In this document: one piece after another, positions 46,190 to 59,934 of the stretch
Layout of the letters: the number at the start of each line of letters is the position of its first letter
Position numbering within the stretch: position 1 is the first letter of the stretch
Source of the DNA: Podarcis melisellensis
Taxonomy: Eukaryota
Strand: one strand, 5' to 3'
NCBI GenBank assembly: GCA_964234715.1
Contig: OZ174286.1
Length of the DNA: 64,000 nt
Notes under the pieces: model-generated
Told to the model about the DNA's origin: nothing
The model's input: the letters and a program-made list of their open reading frames with translations, nothing else
Databases searched by the model: none
Translations under genes and position numbers: made by a program

Positions 46190-47300
46190 AAAAAGCTCAG
46201 AAAATTACTGAATATATGTTCCCTCTTTTTCTGTCCCAGAAATGGGACCTGCAAGGCAGTAAATGATCACAGTAAAACAACTAACAATAAAAGCAATACT
46301 ATATCCAATGAAATGAACAATATATGCAGCATATGAAAACTCAGCAGTTGCAAAATTCATTGAAGAGCATACTTAAAACAGCATCTTACCAAAAGGGTCA
46401 TTGGAAAAGAGCTGTTGTCATTTTCCTATAGAAAGCAGGGACAGAGGTTCCCAGGGCAAGGGTGTGTTCAGAGCTCAGGTGCCACCACTGGTAAGGCTTT
46501 CTCCCATGAGCCCAACTATGTCACCTCTTTTTGGAGTGTGGGATGCAGAGCCTGGTCCCCTGTCAGTCACAGCATGTGGATAGTCTTATCTTGAAGAAGG
46601 CAAAATAAATAAAAAATTGTCCAGTAGCACCTTATAGACCAACTAAGTTAGTTCTATAACAACTAAGTTTGTTCTAAGTTGGTCTATAAGGTGCTACTGG
46701 GCAGTTTTTTTATTATTTTATTTTTATTTCGACTGGGTCAGACCAACATGGCTACCTTCCTGAATCTTGAAGAAGGCAGTCCTCTTGATGTTCTTCTTCC
46801 AAACCATTTAGGGCTTTAAACCAGCACTTTGAATTGGGCCTTGTGAAACATACCATAAACCACCAAAGATACATTGATCACAGAAATCATAGAATTATAG
46901 ATTTGGAAGGGATGCCCAGGGCCCTCTAGTCCACCCCCACCCCCCAGCAATGCAGGAATCTCAACACATGGTCCCCCATCCAATTTGCAACCATACAAGA
47001 CTCTTCTTAGCTTTGGAAATGTGCTAGCAGTTTTATTGTTGCACCACTGATCCTAAAACTGGGGTCCCGTCAGCAACCTAGCTGATTCTTTCTCCACCAG
47101 CTGAAGTTTCCAAAGCACTTTGAAGCCAGCCCCAAGTAGAGCACGTTACAGTAATATTATATGGATGTAAACAAGGTATGTGTAACTGTGGCAAGATTTG
47201 CCTTCTCCAGGACTGTAGTCTAAGCTAGCCAAAACCACTTGTGGCCACAGCTGCCACTTCTCTATCCAGGGTCTTGAACTCCCCAAGCTACACACCTGCT
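46190..47300 (-). mobile_element. Decayed L2-like LINE fragment with nested insertions
   Basis: Motifs such as ccatttagggctttaaa.ccagcactttgaattgggcc and agagcacgttacagta, whose minus strand reads YCN.L.LGL, typical of L2 ORF2. Confidence 0.55.
46603..46763. mobile_element. Penelope-derived palindromic insertion
   Basis: Perfect 24-bp inverted repeat (46621-44 / 46677-700); 15-bp flanking direct repeat atcttgaagaaggca. Confidence 0.75.
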
Positions 47301-47929
47301 CTTTAATTACAAAGTTGTTTACTGGCTAGTGAACTTTCCCCATTGGGTTTTAGGCACCAGTGTACAGCAGCTTCTTTCCATAATGCAAGTTTAAGCAACG
47401 AATCCCATCTGCTGCCTCGGGGGGGGGGGGGGGATAGCACTACAAGTAGAAGGGAGACATTAGCTGTGATGTTGTTCAAAGCTTTGATGCTAATACTGTT
47501 TGAGGTGCTGTTTTATATTTAAGAGTTGCATGTATATAGATTTTCACCCACCTGTGTTCAATTTTATTATACTAGTCTGCAGTGTTGAAAACAGTTTGAG
47601 TGGCAGGTCTATTTTTCTTTTGCATTTGATGCCATAATATTTCTCCAGAGGGTGATATGCTGTTGCCTGTGAGGGTAACTGTAATGTGTTTTACTTTAAG
47701 CAAGTTCACTCTCTCAGCAAGAATTGGGAGGGGAATGCGTAGGTTACATAAATTGTATCTTAAGAGGCTGAGAACAAAGCAGTAAGTAATGCCCATTGGT
47801 GAACTGTAGAATTGGAATGTGGAGGAAATGCCCCCTGAGTATAATACATATGTACACTGCAAAAGCATTTGTAAAATATTTTTTGGAAAAATGAGTTATC
47901 AAAAACTATTTTGTTACAGATTACATTTG

Positions 47930-48140
47930 TATCACACTCTGCTTCCAAATTTCTCAGCACAGCATAGATGGTGGTTCTTCTCCCCCACCCTCCCAGTTTT
48001 CTCTCACAACAACCCTGTAAGGTAGTTACACTGAGGAGAGTTTAGCTCAAGACACTCAGGGAGCTTCATGGCTGAGTGGAGATTTCAGTCTGCATTTCCT
48101 TGATACTTACTCCAGCCCTCTAACCACTATATCACTGGGC
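47930..48140 (-). mobile_element. Short tRNA-derived SINE (MIR/Squam3-like), decayed
   Basis: cacaacaaccctgtaaggtag...gagcttcatggctgag...ctctaaccactatatcactgg. Confidence 0.6.
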
Positions 48141-48404
48141 TCTTAACATACTAGCTGATATTTTGTGGTAGGTTAATGAGGAAGAGCTGTTTGTGGAAAT
48201 GAAAAGCAGCTTTTCAAAATATGGAAAGCTAGGGGAAGAGGGATCACTTCTGTTTCGTTTTCGCTGGTCATATGAAACATGAACCTTTGTTTGTGTTAGC
48301 CAACCCTCATTCTGTATCTGAAGGGGTGTGGCAGCTAAATTGCAGGCTACCAAACCTGTGGCTGTGAATTATTAATTTTTAAGTCTCTTTATATTGCTCC
48401 ACAG

Positions 48405-48978
48405 GTGCAAAGTGACAGTGGGAGAATTGCCCCTTTGTCCCCCACTATTGTAACGTCAGTGTCAACCATGGTGTCTGCATTGTCGCCGGTGTATAGTAAG
48501 GATCTGCATGTGAAGCCAGCAGAAGATGAGGTGGTGAATGAGATTGGGAAACCTGATTTCAGATACCACTCTCCAGCGGAAAACGCAGATACTTCATTAA
48601 AAAACATCCTGAAAACGGAATTGTGGCAGCCTTCGGTGGAATTGAGAGAGAGCAACTGGCAGTCGAGGGAGCCTGAAGAGACAGAGCCCAGGGGATTCGT
48701 AAAACGTGAAGAGAATGCTATGAGAAAGCGAAGCTCTTTTGAGGAAGAGCCACCGCTTCCTGTTCCTGATAAAACGGAGGACTACAACAAAGAGATGAAA
48801 TATGCATTCCCAAGAAAAAGCAGCATGGAATTGTTTAGCCCACAGCCTCTTTGTCAGCCTGCTGAACAAAAGGAATTCGCCAGCGACACTCTGAAGAATA
48901 AACGGGAAGTCAAAGGCCAGTCCTCTGAGGAAACGATGGAGTATGAAGGAATTGTGGCAAGATCAACCCTGCAGAGAG
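48405..48978 (+). CDS. SVIL: SVIL exon, 574 nt (VQSDSGRIAPLSPTIVTSVST...ARSTLQR)
   Basis: Contains ORF 48405-49013; ccacag acceptor, GAG|GTAAAT donor; phase 0 to 1. Confidence 0.94.
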
Positions 48979-50952
48979 GTAAATGCCTCAGTGTGGGCTG
49001 CCACCCCATTTAAAGAAATCTTAGCCTGTTTGTTGTTTTGAGTTCTTAAAAGCAATTAATTAAAAGGTTTGGATAGCATAAATGTGTATATGATTGAAGC
49101 AGTTATGAAGAGGGGGCGGGGACCATTGTTTATACAGGTGTCCCTAACAAGCTTTAGCTTAAGAGGCATTCTGTCCTCTGTGAGGAGGGAGGGGGGAATG
49201 CCTCATCTGTCGCTCGCTAAGGGTTGTGGGTTTGTTTTTGTAAATGCTTGTATTAAAAATAATTACCATGGGGTGGAAAACCACAGGTTGTTAGTTGTAG
49301 GAGATTTCAGCTTTCACATTGCGATCACTCTTGGGCCAGCTTCATAGCCTCCATGACACAGATGGGGCTGTCTCATATTGTCATGGTTGGAAGAGACACT
49401 GAAGTAACCCTGTTGTCATAGTCGGACCACTTCCTAGTGGTTGTTTATTTCAGCGAGAGAGAACTCTGCACTGCCCCCCTCTCCTGGGGTGAAAGACTGA
49501 TCAAGATGGTATACCCTGGTGGCTTATTGAATCCAATGGATTCCTGAATGCTTTTGCATATTTTCTGCGGTACAGAAAAGGCAATTCTGTTCAGACCACA
49601 ACCTCACTTTGGAACGGTGAGATGCACCAGGCCATTTTCCACAACCACATCTTGAGTGCCATTTTTAATGCTGCTGATTGGTGCCTTGGACAGTTGTGGG
49701 CAACGAAACAGACCACATGATGGCTGGAGCATATGTATTTATTATATATTTGCACCACTTGATTGTAAACAACGCACCCACACATAAACCATAAAGTGTG
49801 AAGATGATCATGTCTATTGTGTGGTGGTGAAGGCATACTTTTTTGCCCTTCATTGCAGTCTCAAATAACCACCCAACAGATGCTCTTTGTGGAAGCGGAT
49901 GTCTGACTTGGCACACGGGGTATTGTAGCCTTTGGAGGCCTGTTGTGACAGATTAGCAGTGGTAATTGAGTGTACAAAATCACTCATCTCCATGATGACT
50001 TGGACATCATTGTTGTGGCTTTTGTCGGATTATACAAGACAGAGACCAGAACTGTGGTGTGACATGTCTTTAAGATGCAAGAAAGGCAAGGGCTTTTGCC
50101 TGAGCATTCTCACTTGAGTCCTTTACCTGAGCTGGGGACGGCATAGTCTCTGGAAATGTGTTCCTTGGGAAACTTGAGAATTGCCTCTTTCTCCATCTTG
50201 GTCTTCCCCAGCACTGGCATTCAATGGAAGAAACACATTAGCATTGTATACTGCATCATTTAGGACCGATACACTAGCATGCTACATTGGGACTCAATGA
50301 AATCTCTTAGTATGAGTAGCCAGAAGTACCATTTCCCCCAAGCCACCTGGGCCTGTGTGTGCATGTGCGCTCACATGCACATGTGTATGATGTCAGATTT
50401 CTGGCATCTTGCAAACGATGCAAGAAACTCACCATCTATTTTCATTGCACTGGAGAGTTATGAGAACTCACAAGGACTCAAGGAAGCTGTCTTATAAAGA
50501 GTCAGACCATTGGTTCCTCAAGCTCAGTATTGTCTACACGGTCTGGCAGAACCTCTCCGGGATTTTAGACATGGATCTGTCCCAGCCCTATCCAAAGTTG
50601 ACGGGGACTGAATATTGGACCTTTTGCATGAAAAGCAGGTTCTCTTCTGCTGAGCCTGCAGCCCTTCCAACTCCCCAAACTTCCAAGTCTACAGTTCTGT
50701 GATTCTACGATTCCTTTCTTCTGAATCACTGACTCTTGGTTAGTTCTTCTAGCCACAGAATGCTAGTGACACTGTAATTTTGTAAAGCATGAGAAAAATC
50801 CACCATTGTGGTGGAAAGCACCTAATTTGTAACCTGGGCTTGTATAATTCATTATATGAAACAAAGAAGTTACCTGTCAGTTTGAGTGATGTGTTTTGCA
50901 GGTTTTTGCTTTTTTGCAATTAAGCACTAATTCTGAGCTCCCCACCCCCCAG

Positions 50953-51148
50953 AGCATGATGAGCCAATTTCAGAACTTGTGGGAACAGCAGCAACAAAGA
51001 GCTATTCTCAGTCTGCGGCTGTGGGATCCTGTAGACAGCAGGAAACCTCTGAGCTGTTAGAGGGAAAACTAGACTCCAGGGAGAGCAAAGCCGAAATTAT
51101 GGAGGACACCCTTGACGCGTCCAACAAAACTATGTCAATTAAAGAAAG
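50953..51148 (+). CDS. SVIL: SVIL exon, 196 nt (EHDEPISELVGTAATK...LDASNKTMSIKER)
   Basis: cccccag acceptor is the only in-frame nearby AG among those tested; donor AAG|GTAAAC; conserved KTMSIKER. Confidence 0.9.
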
Positions 51149-51539
51149 GTAAACAAACTCTTCTTCTTTTGAAGTATCTTGTTTTCTCTCTTCTTTTATA
51201 GTAGAAGTATTTAGTGTGGTGATGTGCAAGAACATCCACTGGGGAATTTCTCAATCTGTGTATTAAAATCATAAAATCTAAACCTGAGTGGCAATTAAAA
51301 AGGGGAGAAAAAGTTTAGTGTTGAAAGTGAAACTATAAAGGGAAGGCATCCTTGAAATCTGGGTAAATCAGTATTAAAGCTTAGGAACATAGGAAGCTGC
51401 CTTACACCAAGTCAGACCAATGGTCTGTCCAGCTCAGTGGGGTCTGCACTGACGGGCAGAGGCTGTCTATGTTTTCAGAAGGGGGCATTCCCTGGAGACA
51501 GCAGGGACCTTCTGTGCGCAAGGGAGATAGTCCACTGAA

Positions 51540-51877
51540 GGAGCGTCTCCACCACCATCATTGAGCCTGGACGCTGAGATCCATCTCCGACGAAGGGTCT
51601 TTTGGAGGTTTCTTCATTTTAAGAAGTGAATCTACAGGGAACCAGGCAGAGGGCCTTCTCGGTAGTGGCCCCCACCCTGTGTAACACCCTCCCATCAGAT
51701 GCCAAGGAAATAAACTACCCGACTCTTAGAAGACATCTGAAGGCAGCCCTATATAGGGAAGTTTTTTAATGTTTGATGCTTCACTGTGGTTTTATCATTT
51801 GTTGGAAGCCGTCCATAGTGGCTGGGGCAACCTAGTCAGATGGGCGCCATATAAAAAATAAATTACTACTACTACTA
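51540..51877 (+). mobile_element. L2-clade LINE 3' fragment nested in a SINE head
   Basis: Encodes ...QGTRQRAFSVVAP.L.N.LP...RRHLKAALYRE with a (TAC)n tail; the SINE head resumes at atggcccttcc. Confidence 0.8.
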
Positions 51878-52232
51878 TGGCCCTTCCTGAATACAGTGAG
51901 GTGAAAGTCTCAAATTAATTTCTCCATCTTCCGTTAGATAGCTGAACCAAATTGTTAGACTCCAGCAAATCAAACAATGGCTTTTTGCAAGAATGGCTGT
52001 GGGTAGTCCATGATCAGAATGTAATATTCAGCATTTTGAGTTCCCACCCTATTTCTTCAACTCAGAAGTGTCCTTAACAGCTCTGGAAATGGACATGAAA
52101 GTATGTGGATGATTCCTGGTTGAGCTAGACTCCCCCCCCCCCGCCATGCATAGCAAACAGACGTGCATACATTATAAGTAACAATTAGGCTTCTCCCAAC
52201 TTATAATTTGAGTTGCCCTGGAATGCATTATA

Positions 52233-52455
52233 CAGTCATACCTTGGTTCTTGAACGGAATCTGTTCCCGAAGTCTATTCGACTCCCGAAAATGTTTGGAA
52301 ACCAAGGCGAGAGCTTCCTGCACTCAATCAGAAGCCGCGTCGGACGTTCGGCTTCCAAAAATAGTTCGCAAACCGGAACAGTCACTTCTGGGTTTGCGGC
52401 GTTCAGGAGCTAAAACGTTCAAGAACTAAGCTGTTGGAAAACCACAGTACGACTG
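52233..52455. mobile_element. Tc1/mariner (Tigger-like) MITE
   Basis: TIR cagtcatac.ttggtt...aaccacagtacgactg flanked by TA. Confidence 0.8.
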
Positions 52456-54782
52456 TACACAGCCCCTGTAGGGCCTTTTTGATGATCTCCTCACACAGCT
52501 ATAGTTTTTTCCCCTCTCCAAGGCATATTAAGTGTATTCCAGGTCATAGTTTGGCATCAAATCAGTGGCCTGGTTCCAGCATTGCCCATGAGTTTACAGC
52601 AGGGATAGTAAACCAGTAGCCCTCCAGAGTCTGCTGGACTCCAGCACCCATAATCTCCAGCCAGCATGGTCAGTGATAACGATGATGGGAATTGTAGTCC
52701 AGCAACAAAGCAAAACAGCAATGAATATGCTGGTAATATTTGTGTGCTGAGTTTAGAACTACTCGCCAATACTTTTTCTTTTTTTCCACTTCCATGCATT
52801 TGATGATAGAGAAGTGCTGCGTAGTTATTTTCAAAATACTGTACAAAAGAAATGGCCACATTGCATGTACTAAACACAGCCCACTTGTTTGAGGAAGTAT
52901 TTGGGAGAGGGGAAAAAGACAAAGCAAGGAAGACAGGGAACTTTCAACCCCTGCTCCAATGTCAAATTGCCACAGAACCTCTGTTTGTCCCCGGAGGGTG
53001 TTGAATAAGCACATCAAAACACATCAAAGAGAACAAAGCAGACTCCTCCTGGGCAAGAGGCAGCAGGAATGGGGTTTCCTCTGGTGTGGCTTTTCCTGTC
53101 TTTCAGCTTTTACGCACAAGGATGAAGGATTACTTGGTACCAGTGTTGGAAACTGGGATATGAAAGCTAGAAGCTAAATGGCCCCTTAAACCTGGGTTAT
53201 GGGCGCAACAGCAGAATGTCTAGGCCTGCTTTTTTAATAACAAGAATGCAAAGCTGAAAATAACTACAGCTAAAATATTTTGTTCATTTTTCACATGGTC
53301 TAGTCCTTCCCCTGCCCACCTCCCTGATATTCTTAAGAGGGTCTCATCTCCAGTCTTCAGAGAGTAGCTGGAAGTGAGGAAGGCAAACAAAGGTCCTCCT
53401 TTCCTTCCACTCTGCAGTTTTATTCTGAAATCTTAGGCACAATACTGCATCCAGAGCTCACGCTAATGAAATTCACTATCGCAAAATGTGCCAAGAAAAA
53501 TGGGGGTTTCGAACACTGCTTGGTACGTATCGCTTAGATATTTCCCCAGGGAAAATTAAGGCCAGGGGTCAGAGCTCACTCTTTTGAGGTAGAGAAGTGG
53601 TAGCTGTCTCCCCCACCCAGTCGTACCTAGGTCATCTTGCACCCCTGAACTGCCCAGATTGCACCCCCTAGCCATGGACAAATTAGTTCTTCTTTCCACC
53701 TCTCCTCCAACCCCCCAACCCCCGCTTCCACATATTCAATTCACCCTCTATTTAAAACCATTTCTTATGAGGCAATAATTGATATTTATATTTATGGACA
53801 TATTTTTAGCCAATTTTGCATGCCCTCGTTGCTTGTGCCCCTGGCGGGGGCCCATCTCACCACCCTCTAGCTACGACCCTGCCCCCGCCCTACCCTGAAT
53901 CTGTGCATGGCATTTTACAGAGTAAGATAACACACACTCCACAAAAAGACAGATCCCTGCCCCAAGCTGCGTGCAGTCTAAATACTGAGAGAAAATGGTT
54001 TTGTAACTTAACATTGTTCAGTATATTGGCTGCTGGAGAGGCAGATTGTGTATAGGTTTGACTAAAATATGGGTGTGGTTTTATAATTATTTTGTTGTCC
54101 CCCCCCCCCATATATTTATGAATTGTTAACTGAATGGTTGTTGTTGTTGTTGTTCAATTTATATCCCTCCCTTCCTCCCAAAGCAGCTCAGGGCAGGAAG
54201 CATGTCTGATTATTATTTTTTAATTTTAAAAAAATACAACTAGAAATAAAATCACATTTTAAAGCAGTTTAAAGCTGTTGAAAACATCTATAAATAGTTA
54301 AAAACCCAAACATTTAAGGCAAGTTTGCAAAACCTGTAATACTCTGATTTCATGGTTGGAGGCAGTAATTCTTCTGAATACCAGCTGCTGGAAACCGTAG
54401 CAGGGGAGAATGCTCTTGGGCTCAGGTCTTGCTTGGGGGTTTCCCATTGGGGTATCTGGGTGGTCACTGTGACAGCAAGATGTGGGGGTAGATGTGCTGT
54501 AGGATGTAGGAAGCTACTTTGAGCCTTGTATTGGTCCACTGTCTACTGGCAGCCGCTTTCCAGAGCCGCATACAAAGTTTTCCCCAGCCCTACTTAGAGA
54601 TGGCAGGGGTTAAATCTGAAACCTTCTGCCAGCAAGGCATGTGCACCACCACAGAGTCATGACCCAATCCCAGGTGTGTTACTGTGCAACGTGTGCAACA
54701 GCCCCGTGAAAGGGATACAGAAGACTGGTGAGGAATGGTCAGTATAGTTCAGTGCTGTGTCTTTTGGCTTCCTCACTTTCAG

Positions 54783-54915
54783 GCTGGCACTCCTGAAGAA
54801 GAGTGGTGAAGAAGACTGGAAAAACAGGCTGAACAAAAAGCCGGAGTATGGCCGGTTATCTGTCATTGAGCGTGGCCCCCAGCTGCCAGAGATGGAGCCG
54901 CTGTTTGCGAAGAAG
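54783..54915 (+). CDS. SVIL: SVIL exon, 133 nt (LALLKKSGEEDWKNRLNKKPEY...LFAKK)
   Basis: Conserved peptide; ctttcag acceptor, AAG|GTAAAG donor. Confidence 0.96.
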
Positions 54916-57900
54916 GTAAAGTTGCCCATGTATGGGGAAGGTATTTCACTTGAAAGCACTTCGGCGCTCCAGATGCATCAAGCTAGACAAGCATGCCTGT
55001 CTGGAGGTAACAGCTGTTGCTTGTAGCATGGCAATTCATCACCAGCCAGGTTTGAACTTGAAGCACAACCAATCTATCTCTCTTATGCACCAAGGACAGT
55101 TATCTGAGATGCTTTCTTTGCTGAACAAATGATTCCCCCCACCCCGGTGTCTTGACACAAGGTTTATGTCTGAATGGAAGAATATTATACATATGCTTTG
55201 CAAAATAATTTAGGAATGCAATTATGTTAGGAGCATCTTGACTTAACATCAGAGTCAAAGCAGTATTCCTCTAATGCAACATTCCTCATCCTGGTGTCCT
55301 CCAGTTCTTTTGGAGTACAGCTCCCACCATCCATTAGCAATAGTGGCTGGCACTCATGGGAGTTGTAGTCCAAAACATTTGGAGGGCACCAGGTTGGGGA
55401 AGGCAGATCTGATGTAAAGGCAGGTTGGGGGGGGGGCTCTTATCTGGCCCGCAGGACAGAAATTAATATCCCTACCTTGGTGGGCCAAATTTGATTGGTG
55501 GGCAGGGCTGCATACCTGTGAATCCCTTAACATCAAAGTGATGTCCTGTGATGCTTCGCTTTGGGACTTTGCAGCACAGCACAGGGCTCTTTGAAAGTCC
55601 TTTCCCAACAGCTCCAGGCTTCTCCTCAAAGTGTACCATATAGCCATTTGCATTTTAAAGTAGTGCATTTGTATTTTAATCCTGAAGGATAACCATGTTG
55701 GTACATTTTAGCAAAAAGTCTCCTGGTCTCACTTTAAACAAAAAAAGTTTAAATGAGATGCAAGCTTTAGGGGACTCGTTTGCAGAAGCTTGTTCCGGAA
55801 TAACATGTGGCACAGCTCTCTTGTGTTTTATGGTTTCTGCAACCCTTAAAGGATATTTAGCTACCTAACAAGTTATTCATTGGTAAGAATCATAGGTAAG
55901 AGCTGGTCTGTGACCGTATTAATAAATTCATTCATTCAATCATAGGTAAGAAGTGAGTCCATAGCAAAGAGATGCCTAGCATTCCACAACCACAGTAGAA
56001 GAGAGAATTTTTTGAAGTCAGGCAAGGGAAGCCTGTGGTCCTTCAGATGATATTGGAGTTACAACTCCCTTCATCCTTGACCATTGGCAATGCTGGTTGA
56101 TGGGAATTGTAGTCTGGCAACATCTTGAGAGGCACAGGTTCCTCATTGCTGTTCTAAGTATTGTAGGATTTCACCTCTCTGTATCATGTAGCTCTGTAGC
56201 TCTATTTCCTGGAGTGTGAGATGTGAAATCTTAAAGAATCTATATTTTATTGAGGTCACTAACAGCAATTCATTCTTGGAACTTACAGTGCTCTTTTAAC
56301 CTGAATTATTCCATTTTATCTCTTCTCTTTATAATTGTATGGTGTAAAGTAATACTGAAAGGATTGATTAAGCAACTAAAGCATTTGCCGATCGATTTTC
56401 GGCTCAGCATTAAGGACACTGTTTTAAAACAAAAACATTCTTTGGCTCAGGTTAGTCAGTCTAATTATAGAGCATGACAATATTATTATTATGTCTTTTT
56501 TCTTCAAACCAAGAATGGTAGCTTTTGTTAAGGAAGCTTTAATTCAATTCCTTCAATATCTCCAAAGAGTATTTATATTATACCAAGGCTTTGATGATAT
56601 GGAAGTTATTTTAAATTTACCGTAATTAAATAACTGGAACAGTTGAAGGGCACATGATTAATCAGCTAAAAATTCTTTGATCACTTGATCTGCTCTGAAA
56701 ACAGCCCCCTCTCAGCCTCCTTTTTAAAAATTATAATCTTCAACTTAGCAGGTTTTTCTAAATTCTGCTGCTGAAATGAGGAAGAGTCATGGCTTCATTT
56801 TAAGACAGCAGCATTCAGTTCCTCAAAGGCCCTTGTATATATTGCGTATATGCAGTTGGGCATCTCTCTGATATTTTATGAAGGACTGCATTATTTCTAG
56901 TGCTGATGAAAGTTACACTGGCTGATCAAATCTGAATCTCTGATAGCATCCATTTATAGTAGGAATTGTTCAGAAAAACGATACTAGAAATGATTTTTTG
57001 CTTTCTTGAAAATTGTGTAAACTGTTAATTGGCTGCTGGTGCATGATGTTATGTATTGAAGCCTGTGGCTGACTTTGCTTGGTATGTCTTGCATATACTT
57101 CTGGATGTAGCTTGCAGCAGCAACCTGTAACTCTTCTAAACATAAATGATGCACTTGTAAGATGGCACAACCATCCAGTGGAATAGACCTGTAATGGTTT
57201 TCAGCAAAAGTATGGCATCAAATGCTTAAGTGAGCTTAAGGCTCTTTTGCATCTAGAGAAGAACGTCCATTATTTTTCCAGGAATTAAGCGCACCTCTGA
57301 AATGTTTAGGCATGCTAAACTATTTCAAGTGAATACATAAAATATCAAGCCTTTTTACCTCCCCACTCCACGGTGTTCCATAAAACAATAGTCATTTAGA
57401 GAATGAGGAATCAAAATAAATTGATGGCCTTAATATTGGGGTGCTCTTCTAAATTAACATGTTTTACATATAATTGAGATCTACTATGCAAACTGGTATC
57501 CTGAGTGCTGATGGTTTGTAATGCTTTTTTATGCATAGAGGAAAACATTTTCATTATAAAAGCATTTGCATACTTTGGAGTGAAACTTTATACCTTTTTA
57601 TTGTACATGCCAACTTTCTTGGTTTCAGAAATAGCTGTTGGTAGGCATACAGAGATTAGGCGAGATCCTATATAGTATGAGCATTTATGCAACAGGGCTT
57701 CTTTTTTTCTCTGCCATACACTCTTCCAGAAACCCCCCCAAATCTGCTCCACATAGTTGGGGAACACTCTGGAGCAGATTTTTGGAACATGTGGGGTGTA
57801 GAGGAGAAGAGAGAAACCAGAAGTCTCATTGGGCAAGCAGATTTTTTTGTTTACATGGGCTGCCATAATTGGACCTTATTTATCATATTATTATTTTTTG

Positions 57901-58069
57901 CCAACCTGTGATGTTATAAGAGCCATGATATTTGTGGCAGCCTTTCTTTGAATTAGAACATGCAATAATTAATAGCAACTTAATAGCAATAAGTTGTTTC
58001 CATGTTGCCTCCTGGAATGACCCCCTGTGTTTAACATTCAAATCTATTGCACGTATTGTACATAATATG

Positions 58070-58430
58070 AGAAGAGCCCTGCTGGATCAGGCCAAAGCCC
58101 ATCTAGTCCAGCATCCTGTTCTCACAGTGGCCAACCAGATGCCTAGGGAAAGCCCATAAGCAGAACATTACTGCATCACCTCTCTCCCCACTTCTGCTGC
58201 CCAGCGACTGGTATTTAGAGACCTGCTGCCTCCAACATTGGAAGCTGCACATAGCCATTGTGGTCAGTGGCCATTGGCAGCCTTATCTTCCATGAATTTG
58301 TCTATTCCTCTTCTAAAGCCATTCAGGTTTTTGATGCCATCATTATATCTTAGGACAGCAAATTCCGGATGTGCTGTTTGAAAAAGTATTTTGCTTTGTC
58401 TGTCTGAATGCTCCAACATTCAGCTTTAGC
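58070..58430 (-). mobile_element. Old CR1-like fragment
   Basis: Same family as 15240-15960. Confidence 0.6.
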
Positions 58431-59008
58431 AGCTAAAATTGTATTTGGTTCAATATACTGAAGTCTCCTAAAGCTTATCTGTTTTCATATCTGACCTTGC
58501 CTTCTTGGCTTGTTCCCTTTCCCGTCACGGTTTCATAATCGCACGAGGGAAACGTTCGAATCATCTGTTAGGTTGTCTCTTTATTGAAAAGCACACCCTA
58601 GTCGGCTTAGAGTTCCAGATTATGCAGTGAGCTCCAAGTCATGTGAGTGGAATATTAAATCAGCAATAGGGGTTTGAAATGCGTTTCATTCCAACAAAGT
58701 GCTCCTGCAAAAATGATGCTTTTTAATCTCCTACTGAGACCTAAAAGCGACCTTTTCAGGCTGACATCCTGCTTTAGAGCTATTCTTACATCAAGTGTTG
58801 ATTCCCAAAATATCCATGGCAAATGTAGTGGGTCTAGCCACTAGACGGCAGCTTGCTTTTCTTTTGGAACTGCAGCTATCGTTATGTTCAGCGGACCCAC
58901 TGTGAGTTTTAATCTGACTAGGAGCAGTGGCACTAGGAATGCAAGCTTCCTCCTGCAGCTACACCTCTCTCCTGCTCTGCAATGATTCCTGTTTGTTTTA
59001 ACCTGTAG

Positions 59009-59056
59009 GAAGGAGGAGGAGTTACAGATTATAATGCCATGTCTAAGCTGCTTTGG
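59009..59056 (+). CDS. SVIL: Putative cassette exon, 48 nt (EGGGVTDYNAMSKLLW)
   Basis: tttgttttaacctgtag acceptor, TGG|GTAAGC donor; symmetric phase 0; open frame. Confidence 0.7.
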
Positions 59057-59575
59057 GTAAGCCTGACTCTAATGCATAGGGGTTATTCTAGGCTCACTGT
59101 GGTTCTTCTTTGGGTGCAATTCTGTATTCCCTTCAGTCAATGGTTCCCTTTCTGGAAGTGGTGCATCAAAATAATGGACAGTTCTTTGTTTCAGGAAGAG
59201 CTAAATGCATTGCAGTCTGAAAGCATTGCTGTTGTGGTTAATGGTGTGCTGTAATTGACTTGCTTTCTCATGCAATTGACTTGCTTAAGATCCAGGAAAC
59301 TCCAGATGTATGGCAGCTCTATTTTGGCATGCTTCTTTCTGATACCACTAAATCTATTAATTATTGCATGTGAGTGGCTTCAGGAAAGTGTGTGTGTGTG
59401 GTTTTTATTTACTATTGCAAAATATTATCTGGTGTGGGAGAAATCTGACAGATAAGGATGCAAACTGCTACAAACGGTTTAGCATGAAGTAATCACTCCT
59501 TTGACCCTCACCGTCTTGCACATCTTCTTCATACCTTTTTAATTCTCTCATATTGCTTCTGCCCCCTGTTCATAG

Positions 59576-59653
59576 GAACCTGTCTATGCTTCTACTTATT
59601 CTCCTGCTATAGCTGCTGCCCATAAACTTCATCCCTTTGTACCTATTGATCAG
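59576..59653 (+). CDS. SVIL: Putative cassette exon, 78 nt (EPVYASTYSPAIAAAHKLHPFVPIDQ)
   Basis: Long pyrimidine tract ending catag, donor CAG|GTGAGC; symmetric phase 0; open frame. Confidence 0.8.
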
Positions 59654-59872
59654 GTGAGCAAATCTTGCAGACTCAGACATTGCAATGATTTGTCAAGTGC
59701 TTGTTCATGCGGAGGGGGTATAGGATTGTGTCTAAGTTACTCTCAGACCCATTGAAATTAATGGACCCAAGTTAGCCATCTTCATTCATTTCAATGGGTC
59801 TATGCAGAGTATGACTAGCATTAGATACAACCCATAGTTCCCTTGTCCCTTCCTTTCTCTTTCACTTTCATC

Positions 59873-59875
<3 letters not shown>

Positions 59876-59923
<48 letters not shown>

Positions 59924-59934
59924 CACACACACAC
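59876..59934. repeat. Compound (CT)n(CA)n microsatellite
   Basis: Seen directly. Confidence 0.95.
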
